DNA of 63,723 nt, counting the filler, from an uncultured Methanosarcinales archaeon (lineage in GTDB: Archaea; Nanobdellota; Nanobdellia; Woesearchaeales; CAYXTQ01), in NCBI GenBank assembly GCA_964608065.1. It is 3 parts of 3 records of this genome, joined end to end, with 100 filler letters (N's around TTAATTAATTAA, not from the genome) between each part and the next. Parts side by side here need not be neighbours in the genome. Positions count along the whole stretch, not along the records: positions 1 to 22,577 come from CAZSMA010000010.1; positions 22,678 to 45,156 come from CAZSMA010000011.1; 1 more part is not named here. One strand, written 5' to 3'. Positions within the stretch are counted from its first letter, which is position 1. Every line of letters begins with the position of its first letter. Positions 20,501-29,126 of the stretch are shown piece by piece. Both the position numbers and the translations under genes were made by a program. The notes beneath the pieces were generated by a model that saw nothing but the letters and a program-made list of their open reading frames with translations, was not told where the DNA came from and searched no databases.

Positions 20501-22577
20501 TATTATTATTCAAACATCTCAATATACCTTGAAAGCAATACCTCTCATTCTAATGTAAAAGTGTCTGCATACAACGGAACAAAATATAATCCCATTTACC
20601 AAAATGCAATAAATGATACAGCTGAAAAAATTGATGTTAAAGTTTTAAGAGAGCAAATGGTTCCTGAAGAAGGTTATTGTAAGGTTAAAGTTGAAAACCT
20701 TGGAGAATTAAATCTATTAATAGACTATATGACTTTAACAGCATACTATAGCCCTACAGCTTTAATAAAAGAAATAAAACCCAATGTTAATAATCTAAAA
20801 ACAACAGGAATTGAACCTGAAGACAAATTCTTTAATGTTTCTGTAATCCTAGAAAATCCTTTAAGTACATCTTATACAATAGATCTTACATTAAATATTA
20901 CTAACTCAAATAATGTTGTAATTAATAGCACTAAAATTACTGGACTAACTTTAAATGCTAATAGTGAATTAGAATATAATTTTACCAACTATAATACAAC
21001 TGGCTGGGCATTAGGTGAATATAAATTAATTGCATATGTTGCTGATGAATTAACTTTACAAAAATCCAAGGATTTTACTTTCAAAACTATTAATATAACT
21101 TCAAAAGCTGAAAGATACAGATGCAACGGTACTAAAGAATATTTCAATGTAACAATAATTCATCCTTTTAATGATAAAATAAGTTATAATTTAAGTTTAG
21201 AATTGCCAACAGATTGGAGCAGTGAACCTGCATCTAAAATAATTAATTTAACTTCACTAGAAAATTACACATTCAGTTTCAATATAACTTCTTCACAAAA
21301 TGATGAAAATATTACTATTAATGCAACTATAGATTATACTTATCTTGTTGCACCAAATAATAAAACAACACAACCAATATTAATTGAATCTGGAACTGCT
21401 GTCCCAATAATAGAAGTTGTAAGAGAAGCTCCAATTATTGTTGGTTACAACAAGGTATTTGATTTGCAATTGTCTGTACACAATAAAGGGTGTGCCGCTA
21501 CAACTGGAATTACAAAAATTACTGAAATTCTCTCAGAAGGATGGACTCCTGCTAATCCAGGATTAAGGGGAGATGTTACCTTAAACTCTTCATCTACAAA
21601 CTTAATAACTAATATCTTAACATGGGAATTAAATGAGATATCTGTTAACAAATATGCTGTATTGACTTATCAAATAAGGTCTCCAACAAGTTACTCAACA
21701 ACTGGTAATTTAAATTTTAATGTTAGCTGGGCTGGAAAGAATATGACTGAAGAAAATCAATATTATATTCAAACTTTGAATTATAGTGGTGAAAGTCACA
21801 TTGAGTTTGATTTAACAGTTGTACAACAATCTGAAAATTATCCTTGGCCAGAACCAAGAAGTGCACAAGTTGGAACAGTTTATAATTATAGCTTAGAAGC
21901 TAAAAACATAGGAGATTCAGTTGCTTCTGGATGGAATGTTACTGCAAAAATTCCTACAGATTGTAATGTTTCCAATATTTATAATGATGGAGTATGGCAT
22001 CCCAGCACAAGGAAAATTGAATGGAACTTAAGTGTTTTATCTGTCTATGCTTCTGCTTATTTGAACTTTAGTTTAAATTGTACTAATCATGGTAAAATAG
22101 TTTTAGATGTTGAAGCTTCAAAAAATACTACTCAAAGAACTGCTTATGAAAATGATACGCAAATTGGATGTACATCGGCAAGTTGTTCCAGTTCACAAGA
22201 ATATTCTTTTAGCCAGCCTTCTTCAATGAGATATGGAAATTTAAAAAATATGGAATTTTACATACATTCTGATTGGACAGCAATTGGTTTAACTATTGGT
22301 GAAGGTCAGGTAAATATTACAGGGGATAATGAAAAAGAGTATACTATATGGCAAGATTATTATTTTGAAAATATTAATTCAAATACTTGGATAAACTTTA
22401 CCATTGAAAATTTAGAAAAATATAATTTTATCAATGCTCCAAGAGAGATTAAGATTTCTAGTTATACAAATGGCATGACTTCATCAAATGGAAATGTTAC
22501 AGTAGAAAAAGTAATTTATACGTGGGAGCATGGAAAATATTTCCGAGAAACACAAAACTTGTTCGTGAAAATTAAAG
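17558..22577 (+). CDS. Giant Ig/CARDB/DUF11-like surface glycoprotein, truncated at contig end
   Basis: N-terminal TM/signal; >1670 aa of Thr/Asn-rich beta domains; very many sequons; runs into the N linker. Confidence 0.8.
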
Positions 22578-22677
22578 NNNNNNNNNNNNNNNNNNNNNNN
22601 NNNNNNNNNNNNNNNNNNNNNTTAATTAATTAANNNNNNNNNNNNNNNNNNNNNNNNNNNNNNNNNNNNNNNNNNNN
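22578..22677. other. Artificial contig linker
   Basis: N44-TTAATTAATTAA-N44, stop codons in all six frames. Confidence 0.97.
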
Positions 22678-22877
22678 CCTTTTTTATTTTTTATGTTAAA
22701 CAATTTTAATATCTTCTTTTTTCCACCTGGTTGTTTACTTAATCTATTAAAAAAAAAAAAAGATTTCTTAAACTGCGCATCAATAAATTCAGTATGTATG
22801 TTCTTCCATTTTAGAGGGTTATTCTTAACAAAAAGAGCCCACTCTTCAACTTTTTTCATATGTGATGGATCTCTCAT
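22678..22877 (-). CDS. Small hypothetical protein, 3' truncated, coupled to the nucleotidyltransferase
   Basis: ATGA overlap with upstream gene; runs into the linker. Confidence 0.65.
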
Positions 22878-23431
22878 AATCTCAACCTTTTTATCATTTT
22901 TTTTATTTTTTTTATTTCTTTTTCATCTACAAACTCTGAATAGACTATTCTAAGGTGCCTTGCATCTTCTAAATCTTTATCTGATTTAAGATATTCTTCC
23001 TTAAAGGCTATGTTCATATTTATTGAGCTAAACCATATATCCAATCCTGTCAGCTTTAATTTAGTCCTTGTTCTTAGTTGATAATCATCCAGCTCATCTT
23101 TTGAAAATTTAATTTCCATCTCCGGGAGAGCCTTGTCTTTATAAGTGTACCTTACACCCACACTATCTTTTAAGTAATCATAAATTTCTTCAGATTTGTC
23201 TGATTGCATACATACAAAATTATTTTTAATTAAATCATTGTGAAGTTTAATAAATTTTTCTTTTTTAATTTTAGGAATTATCATATCAATATCTTCTGTA
23301 CCTCTTACCCTTCCAGAAGAAATTGCAACAAAACCAGATACTATTATATACTTGCAATGTTTATCAATAATTTTACAAAAATCTATGCAAAATTTATCCA
23401 AAATGTTCCTGTTTTTAACTCTTCTGTCCAT
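22874..23431 (-). CDS. Nucleotidyltransferase-superfamily protein
   Basis: YIIVSGFVAISSGRVRGTEDIDMII; C-terminal KDLED. Confidence 0.75.
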   Translation of the reverse strand: MDRRVKNRNILDKFCIDFCKIIDKHCKYIIVSGFVAISSGRVRGTEDIDMIIPKIKKEKFIKLHNDLIKNNFVCMQSDKSEEIYDYLKDSVGVRYTYKDKALPEMEIKFSKDELDDYQLRTRTKLKLTGLDIWFSSINMNIAFKEEYLKSDKDLEDARHLRIVYSEFVDEKEIKKIKKMIKRLRL

Positions 23432-23488
23432 ACAATTTAGTAAAACAGATAACTATTTAAATATTTATGTTAAGATAAAATAAAAAGA

Positions 23489-23827
23489 ATGATAAAAAAC
23501 AATTCCAAAAACAAAATTTTGAAAAAAAAAAAGGAATATTGTAAAAGTGTATTTTCACAGATGAAAGGCTTTATGTTTTCTAAGCCAGATAAGGCTTTGG
23601 TTTTTATATTTAAGAAAGAAAAAATTGTTAATTTACATATGTTCTTCATCTTGCATCCAATTGATGTTTTGTGGTTAGATAAAAACAAGAAAGTTGTTAA
23701 AATTAAGGAAAACTTTAAACCTTTTAGGATTGTAATAGCTGATAAACCTGCACAGTATATTATAGAGATGCCTGCTGGAATTATAGCAAAAACAAAGACA
23801 GAAGTGGGAGATTCCATAAGTTTTTAG
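23489..23827 (+). CDS. DUF192 family protein
   Basis: KGFMF...LHMFFILHPIDVLWLD...YIIEMPAG. Confidence 0.9.
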   Translation: MIKNNSKNKILKKKKEYCKSVFSQMKGFMFSKPDKALVFIFKKEKIVNLHMFFILHPIDVLWLDKNKKVVKIKENFKPFRIVIADKPAQYIIEMPAGIIAKTKTEVGDSISF

Positions 23828-23905
23828 GAATATAGTTGTTAAACCATTTTGGGAAAAAATTTTCCCAAAAGTTTAAATAATGTTATTGAATTCTAAAGCA
23901 GTAAA

Positions 23906-24056
23906 GGGGATGTAGTATAAAGGAGTAATCCGTACAACCTGGCTAGAATGAGTGGCTCCAGTCATGGAGCGATGAGGCTTATGCCAATGACTTAAATGTG
24001 GTCAGTCGCTTTGAGGAAGTGACCACTAGGTCCGCGTTCAAATCGCGGCATCCCCA
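23906..24056 (+). tRNA. tRNA-Trp(CCA) with two introns (23921-23937 at position 15/16; 23962-24021 at 37/38)
   Basis: Acceptor GGGGATG/CATCCCC; anticodon stem AGTGG/CCACT with CT-CCA-G; T arm CCGCG-TTCAAAT-CGCGG; BHB-like junctions; TATA TTTAAATA upstream. Confidence 0.92.
23962..24021 (+). ncRNA. Intron-encoded box C/D guide RNA for tRNA-Trp methylation
   Basis: Guide TGGAGC complementary to the anticodon loop, followed by D-like ATGA (N+5 = C34); second guide GTGGTC; C'-like TTGAGGA. Confidence 0.75.
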
Positions 24057-24108
24057 TTTTATTTAAAACAAAAAACTATATATTCTAGTTATGTGTTAAT
24101 TTTTATTT

Positions 24109-25278
24109 ATGGTTAAGAAACAATTTCTTGAGGCTATTGCAACTTTAACAGGTCTGGTAATAGGGGCAGGGGTATTAGGAATTCCATATGTTGTTGCAAA
24201 AGCTGGATTTTTGACTGGATTAATCAATATTGTATTAATTGGGTTGGCTGTTTTAGTAATAAATCTTTATGTTGGTGAGATTGTATTGAGAACAAAAGGA
24301 AATCACCAACTAGCGGGTTATGCAGAAAAATATTTAGGCAAAACAGGAAAAAAGTTTATGACTTTTTCTATGATTTTTGGTTTATACGGAGCTTTAATTG
24401 CTTATACACTCAAAGAAGGAGATTTTTTGCATGCTATTTTTTCCAGTTTTTTAGGAGGAAGTCCTGTGATCTATTCCTTGATATTTTTTGTAATAGTAAC
24501 TTTGTTGATATACAAAGGGTTTCAGGCTATTGAGGATAGTGAGCTTGTGTTGATGGCTTTTGTATTAGTTGTTGTGCTGGTGATAATTGTGCTGTCATTT
24601 TCTTCAATAAAGTTTGGAAATCTTAGCAGTTTTAGCGCATCAAAGATGTTTATTCCTTATGGTGTTGTTTTATTTGCTTATTTAGGGATGGCTTCTATTC
24701 CTGAAATGAAGAAAGAGTTGAAGAATAATATACATTTGTTTAAGAAAGCAATTATAATTGGTAGTCTGGTTCCATTGATAGTTTATGTGCTGTTTGCAAT
24801 AGTTGTTGTTGGTGTTACTGGCATAGAGAATGTAACTGATGGAGCAATTTTAGGAATGGCTAGTGTTTTAGGAAGTAAAATGCTGTTTATTGGTACAATA
24901 TTTGGTATTTTAACTATGGCAACTTCGTTTTTAGCCTGCGGGCTTGCTTTGAAGGACATGTACTGCTGTGATTTTAAACTAAAGAAAAATAAATCATTTT
25001 TTATAACTTGTTTAATTCCAATAATGGTTTTTTTTATAATAATTTTCTTAAAAGTTGAACATGCGTTCTTTAAAGTTTTGGATGTAGCTGGAGCATTGGC
25101 TGGCGGGATTTTAGGAATTTTAATTGTGTTAATGTTTTGGAAAGCAAAGAAATTGGGTGATAGGGATCCAGAGTATTCTATGAAAAAAAAGAAAATTGTT
25201 GGTTATTTTTTAATTATAATGTTTATTCTTGGAATAATATATAAGATTTTACAGATTACAGGTGTTTTGTCTATTTAG
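24109..25278 (+). CDS. Aromatic amino acid permease family (TyrP/Mtr-like) transporter
   Basis: LTGLVIGAGVLGIPY, about 11 TMs, PYGVVLFAYLG, MATSFL. Confidence 0.85.
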   Translation: MVKKQFLEAIATLTGLVIGAGVLGIPYVVAKAGFLTGLINIVLIGLAVLVINLYVGEIVLRTKGNHQLAGYAEKYLGKTGKKFMTFSMIFGLYGALIAYTLKEGDFLHAIFSSFLGGSPVIYSLIFFVIVTLLIYKGFQAIEDSELVLMAFVLVVVLVIIVLSFSSIKFGNLSSFSASKMFIPYGVVLFAYLGMASIPEMKKELKNNIHLFKKAIIIGSLVPLIVYVLFAIVVVGVTGIENVTDGAILGMASVLGSKMLFIGTIFGILTMATSFLACGLALKDMYCCDFKLKKNKSFFITCLIPIMVFFIIIFLKVEHAFFKVLDVAGALAGGILGILIVLMFWKAKKLGDRDPEYSMKKKKIVGYFLIIMFILGIIYKILQITGVLSI

Positions 25279-27541
25279 AATTCTTCTTTCTTTTAGGTTT
25301 TTCTCCTTCAATAAGTTTTAGTAATTTCTTATTGTAGGTTATTATTAGAATTAATATTACTAAAATAACAAATCCTGCTATTATGTAGTTTAAGTAAAAT
25401 ACAATATAGTCTTTGATGTCAACAAAGAAGTTTATGATCTTTGTTTTTAAGTTAATAAGTTTGTCTGTTGCATCTCCTGGTTTTTCTTCTTCTACAATCA
25501 GATAAACTTCATTGCTTTCCATAACTCCGCCTTTTCCGTCATCTGCTGTGAATATAATTTTGTTTATTCCAGTCCAGTTATATTCTGGGCTGAATGTTGC
25601 TATGTTTTCATTGATTTCAACAGCAATGTTTTCCGGCAGAGTGCTTGAATATGTTAATGGATCGTTGTCTGGGTCTGAGAAATATTTTGATAAATCTAAA
25701 TTATGTATTGTGTTAACAGCCCATTTTTGCGGTGGTATTCCTGGTTCAATTTCTATTTCTTCTGATTTTATTAATCTTGTAAAATTTATTTTTAATAAGC
25801 TATTCATTGCTTGTTTTGTTTTACTGAATGTGTCAACAACAAAGTTTTCTGCTTTTTCTTTTTGTGTTTTTATTTTTTCATAATTCATGGTTATGAAAAG
25901 AGCGATCAAAAGCAGAACAACTATAACTACAAAGATTTTTAAAAATGTTTTTATTGTTTTTGTTGATGTCTTTCTTTTTGGTTTTTTTATTTTCTTTTTC
26001 TTTAGTTTTTCAATTATTTTTTTTTCTATAACTTTCTTCTCTTCGATTTTTTTTGGTTTAAATTTTGTTTTTCTTTTTTTTCTTGTTATTATAAATATGA
26101 TTATTGCTAAAAGAACAAAACCTATCACCATATATAGTAAGTAAGGCTTTATAATTTTCCATAAACTTATTCCTGCAAATATTAACCCTATAATCAAGAC
26201 AGCAATTATGATTGGAATTATTGTTTTCCTTGATATTTTTATTTTTAATTTTTTATCAGATTTAGGTTTTTTTTCTTTTTTTATTACAACTTTTCCTTCT
26301 TTAACTCTGCTGATCTTTATCTTTTTCTTTATGATTAAAATTAAAAGAACAATAATTACTGCTAACAGAACAGCAGAGATTATTAAATAAAGATAATAGG
26401 TTGAGATAAAGTCCCAGATAGTTAAGCCAATGTCAGTGATTGTACCCTGATATATGGCATTAATTTGGGCTACTTGTGGTATGACTTCTGGAATTGTTAT
26501 ATTTTTTTTGGTTTCAAATGTAAGTTTATCTTTGAAAGCAAAAAGATTTATTTCTACAATTAAAATAAGGAATATCGCTATAATCCCAAAGATAAGTTTC
26601 TTTTTGTTTTTTTCAGGTATTATTATTGTTCTTGCTTTAGTTTTCTTTTTTAGTTTAATTTTTTTCTCTATAACTTTCTTCTCTTCGATTTTTTTTACTT
26701 TGCTTTTTTCTTTTTTAGGTCTTGATTTTATTTTTCTGGATAATAATATTAGGATTAAGATTATTAAGAAAGGCAGGAATATTAACAATGAGTATAATAA
26801 GAATTTAGCTATGTTTGCTTTAAAGAAGCCATATAATTTTGAGAAAATACTTGGAGAGGTTAGTTTTATACTTATTATATGTTCATATTGCGCGTTGTTT
26901 TCACTGACAACTGTTATAAGTGATGTGTGATATATTCCTTTTCTAATGTTTTCTGAGGGTTCTGTTTTAAGAGTTACTGTTTTTATTTTTCCAGGCCCTA
27001 TTGTTATAGTATTAGGCTTTATTTCAGCCCAGTCTGGTTTATCTAAAACTAATAGGTAGGAAGCTGTTTTACTTCCTGTGTTTATTATATTTAAGTCAGT
27101 AGATGTCTTGTCATAGCCTATTGTCAGTTCTTTTGGTTCAATATCAGGGATATAGCATGAATTAATGTTTAATTCAACAGGGATTTTGGCTTTAAGTTTT
27201 GTTGTTGTTGTTCTAATAAAGAAATCTAATTTACTATGGCCATAAAAGTTGCAATCAGGCATCATATTTGCATATACTTTTATCTTCTTGCCTGGATCTA
27301 ATAATATATTATTATTACTGAATGTAGTCCATTGCCTAAATTCTTTATCTACATCTAAAGTATATATTTCAGGATGTAAGCCTATGTTTTTTATTTCAAA
27401 CTCAAATACAGAAGATGTACATGGGCAAATTTCTTGTTTATTGTATTTTGATGCAACATATAGGTTATTATCTAAAGAACATACTGATTGGACTAGAATC
27501 AGGGTGAATATTGTCAATAATAGTATTTTATATGTTTTCAT
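25271..27541 (-). CDS. Multi-pass membrane protein with extracellular Ig/cadherin-like domains and Lys-rich cytoplasmic loops
   Basis: Signal peptide; DLSKYFSDPDNDPLTY...FTADDG; repeated KKIEEKKVIEKKI; start after GAGGA SD. Confidence 0.75.
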   Translation of the reverse strand: MKTYKILLLTIFTLILVQSVCSLDNNLYVASKYNKQEICPCTSSVFEFEIKNIGLHPEIYTLDVDKEFRQWTTFSNNNILLDPGKKIKVYANMMPDCNFYGHSKLDFFIRTTTTKLKAKIPVELNINSCYIPDIEPKELTIGYDKTSTDLNIINTGSKTASYLLVLDKPDWAEIKPNTITIGPGKIKTVTLKTEPSENIRKGIYHTSLITVVSENNAQYEHIISIKLTSPSIFSKLYGFFKANIAKFLLYSLLIFLPFLIILILILLSRKIKSRPKKEKSKVKKIEEKKVIEKKIKLKKKTKARTIIIPEKNKKKLIFGIIAIFLILIVEINLFAFKDKLTFETKKNITIPEVIPQVAQINAIYQGTITDIGLTIWDFISTYYLYLIISAVLLAVIIVLLILIIKKKIKISRVKEGKVVIKKEKKPKSDKKLKIKISRKTIIPIIIAVLIIGLIFAGISLWKIIKPYLLYMVIGFVLLAIIIFIITRKKRKTKFKPKKIEEKKVIEKKIIEKLKKKKIKKPKRKTSTKTIKTFLKIFVVIVVLLLIALFITMNYEKIKTQKEKAENFVVDTFSKTKQAMNSLLKINFTRLIKSEEIEIEPGIPPQKWAVNTIHNLDLSKYFSDPDNDPLTYSSTLPENIAVEINENIATFSPEYNWTGINKIIFTADDGKGGVMESNEVYLIVEEEKPGDATDKLINLKTKIINFFVDIKDYIVFYLNYIIAGFVILVILILIITYNKKLLKLIEGEKPKRKKNSK

Positions 27542-27609
27542 ATTAATCTCATCCTCTAGTCCCAAGTGATAATGAGGTAATGTAAGTTTTTAGAAAGAAA
27601 TTAGTTTAT

Positions 27610-27628
27610 AAAAAAAAAAAAAAAAAAA
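27610..27628 (-). terminator. Oligo-T terminator after the S-layer-like gene
   Basis: About 19-nt T tract on the minus strand just after the stop at 27632. Confidence 0.6.
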
Positions 27629-27631
27629 TAA

Positions 27632-28924
27632 TTAATAATAGGTTTGGCTTTCTGTATCTTCTGAGTCTTCTCTACCTTTTAACTTGCTGAATCCTATGAT
27701 TAATCCTAGGATAACAAGTACGATTGCTAATATTACTAAGCCAACTTCTAAAGCCCTCTTAATTTTGCTCCATCCTGTTGATGCTTTTTCTAGGATGTTT
27801 GCTTTTAATGTTAGTTGCTGTAAAACGTTTCCTCCTGAACTTATTGTTAATGCGAAAACGTTTCCACCAACTGGTGCGTTTTCATTTGCTGAAATGTAAG
27901 TGTAAAGTGCTTTAGTTTCGCCAGCGCCTAATACAACAAAGTTGCTTGGGCTTATTCTTGATGCTCCAAATGTATCAACGCCTTCAACATTTACTGTGTA
28001 ACTTCTTGTTGCGGTTCCCATATTAGTTAGGGTTAGTGGGTAAACAGCTCCGCCTTGTCCTTGAGTTACATCTTGGCTTTCAACGCCAACAGTAATTATT
28101 GTTTTAGGTTTTGAATCTGGAACAGATGCTGAGCAAAACTCTCCTTCTGTAACAGTTATCATTGATTCTTTTGTGACTTTTTCATCGCCATCATCATAGA
28201 TTACTTCAACTCTAACTTTATAATCTCCTGATTCTGCGCATTCTGGGATTCTCATGTAAAGTTCTTCACTTGTCTTTACATCATCGCCATCATCGTCTCC
28301 TTCTTCTTTTAATTCATCAATATAATCTGAAGCTGAGATTCCTAAAGCTGGGATGCTAACTTTGACTTTAACACCTTCTTCTTCTGTGTCTCCATCGTTA
28401 GCAACTCTCACAGTTGTTAGTAAAGCTCTACCTGCTCTGACTGTGTTTTCTGGTGAGAAAACAACGTCTTTAATTGTTAGGAAATGTTTTTGTGCTTTGA
28501 TATTAAGTTCATAGTCTTGTTCTAGTCCTTCACTGTATCTATCTTGCACTTCAACTCTTAACCTATATTTTCCAGGTTCAAGTCTGTCTGCAAACTTTAA
28601 GGTTAGTTCTTCTACATGATTGTCGTTTGCTTCTAAATCAAAAACATCGCTTATTGCTTCAACACGATCATTATGATCATAACCACGAAGCTCTACTTCT
28701 ACTTGTACGTCTTCAACATCAATTGTTGAATGTAGATGTATTTTAACTTCGAATTCTTCTCCTCTTTTCAAATCTCTTGGATTACCTCCAAATAGATTTA
28801 AAGCGTCTTCATTAAGTTCCAGCTCATCAATACTAAATGGTGTAGCTGCATTAGCTATTCCGCTTAAAGCTAGAATTCCTACTAAGAAAACCGCTAGTAA
28901 GCTTATTAACTTATATTTTTTCAT
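27632..28924 (-). CDS. Putative S-layer protein (Ig/CARDB repeats, C-terminal TM)
   Basis: Acidic; signal peptide; three Ig-like domains; C-terminal TM and ...SQTYY tail; strong SD and promoter signals. Confidence 0.7.
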   Translation of the reverse strand: MKKYKLISLLAVFLVGILALSGIANAATPFSIDELELNEDALNLFGGNPRDLKRGEEFEVKIHLHSTIDVEDVQVEVELRGYDHNDRVEAISDVFDLEANDNHVEELTLKFADRLEPGKYRLRVEVQDRYSEGLEQDYELNIKAQKHFLTIKDVVFSPENTVRAGRALLTTVRVANDGDTEEEGVKVKVSIPALGISASDYIDELKEEGDDDGDDVKTSEELYMRIPECAESGDYKVRVEVIYDDGDEKVTKESMITVTEGEFCSASVPDSKPKTIITVGVESQDVTQGQGGAVYPLTLTNMGTATRSYTVNVEGVDTFGASRISPSNFVVLGAGETKALYTYISANENAPVGGNVFALTISSGGNVLQQLTLKANILEKASTGWSKIKRALEVGLVILAIVLVILGLIIGFSKLKGREDSEDTESQTYY

Positions 28925-29002
28925 TTTTTGTTTACCCCCTAAAATTTTGTTTGAGATTTATTTTTTTTTTTTTTGTATAAGAGATTGTATCTCTATTGCC
29001 TT

Positions 29003-29119
29003 GTAATCACAAACTAGTATATAAACCTTTCGGTTCTTTTAGCATACTGGAGTGACTACGTCTTATGACTATTCCTTAGTAATCACTACTTGTATATAAA
29101 GATTATTGTTATTGACTAT
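29003..29119 (-). promoter_or_regulatory. Tandem TATA promoters with repeated RTGAYTAY boxes upstream of the S-layer-like gene
   Basis: GTAATCAC-n-CTWGTATATAAA at 29003-29025 and 29079-29100; related boxes at 29052, 29065, 29112. Confidence 0.55.
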
Positions 29120-29126
29120 ATGATGA

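Noticed and set aside
22622..22633. TTAATTAATTAA palindrome between N runs (also 45201-45212)
   Set aside because: Artificial six-frame-stop linker; gene adjacency across it is meaningless, and the three contigs need not be neighbours or even the same organism
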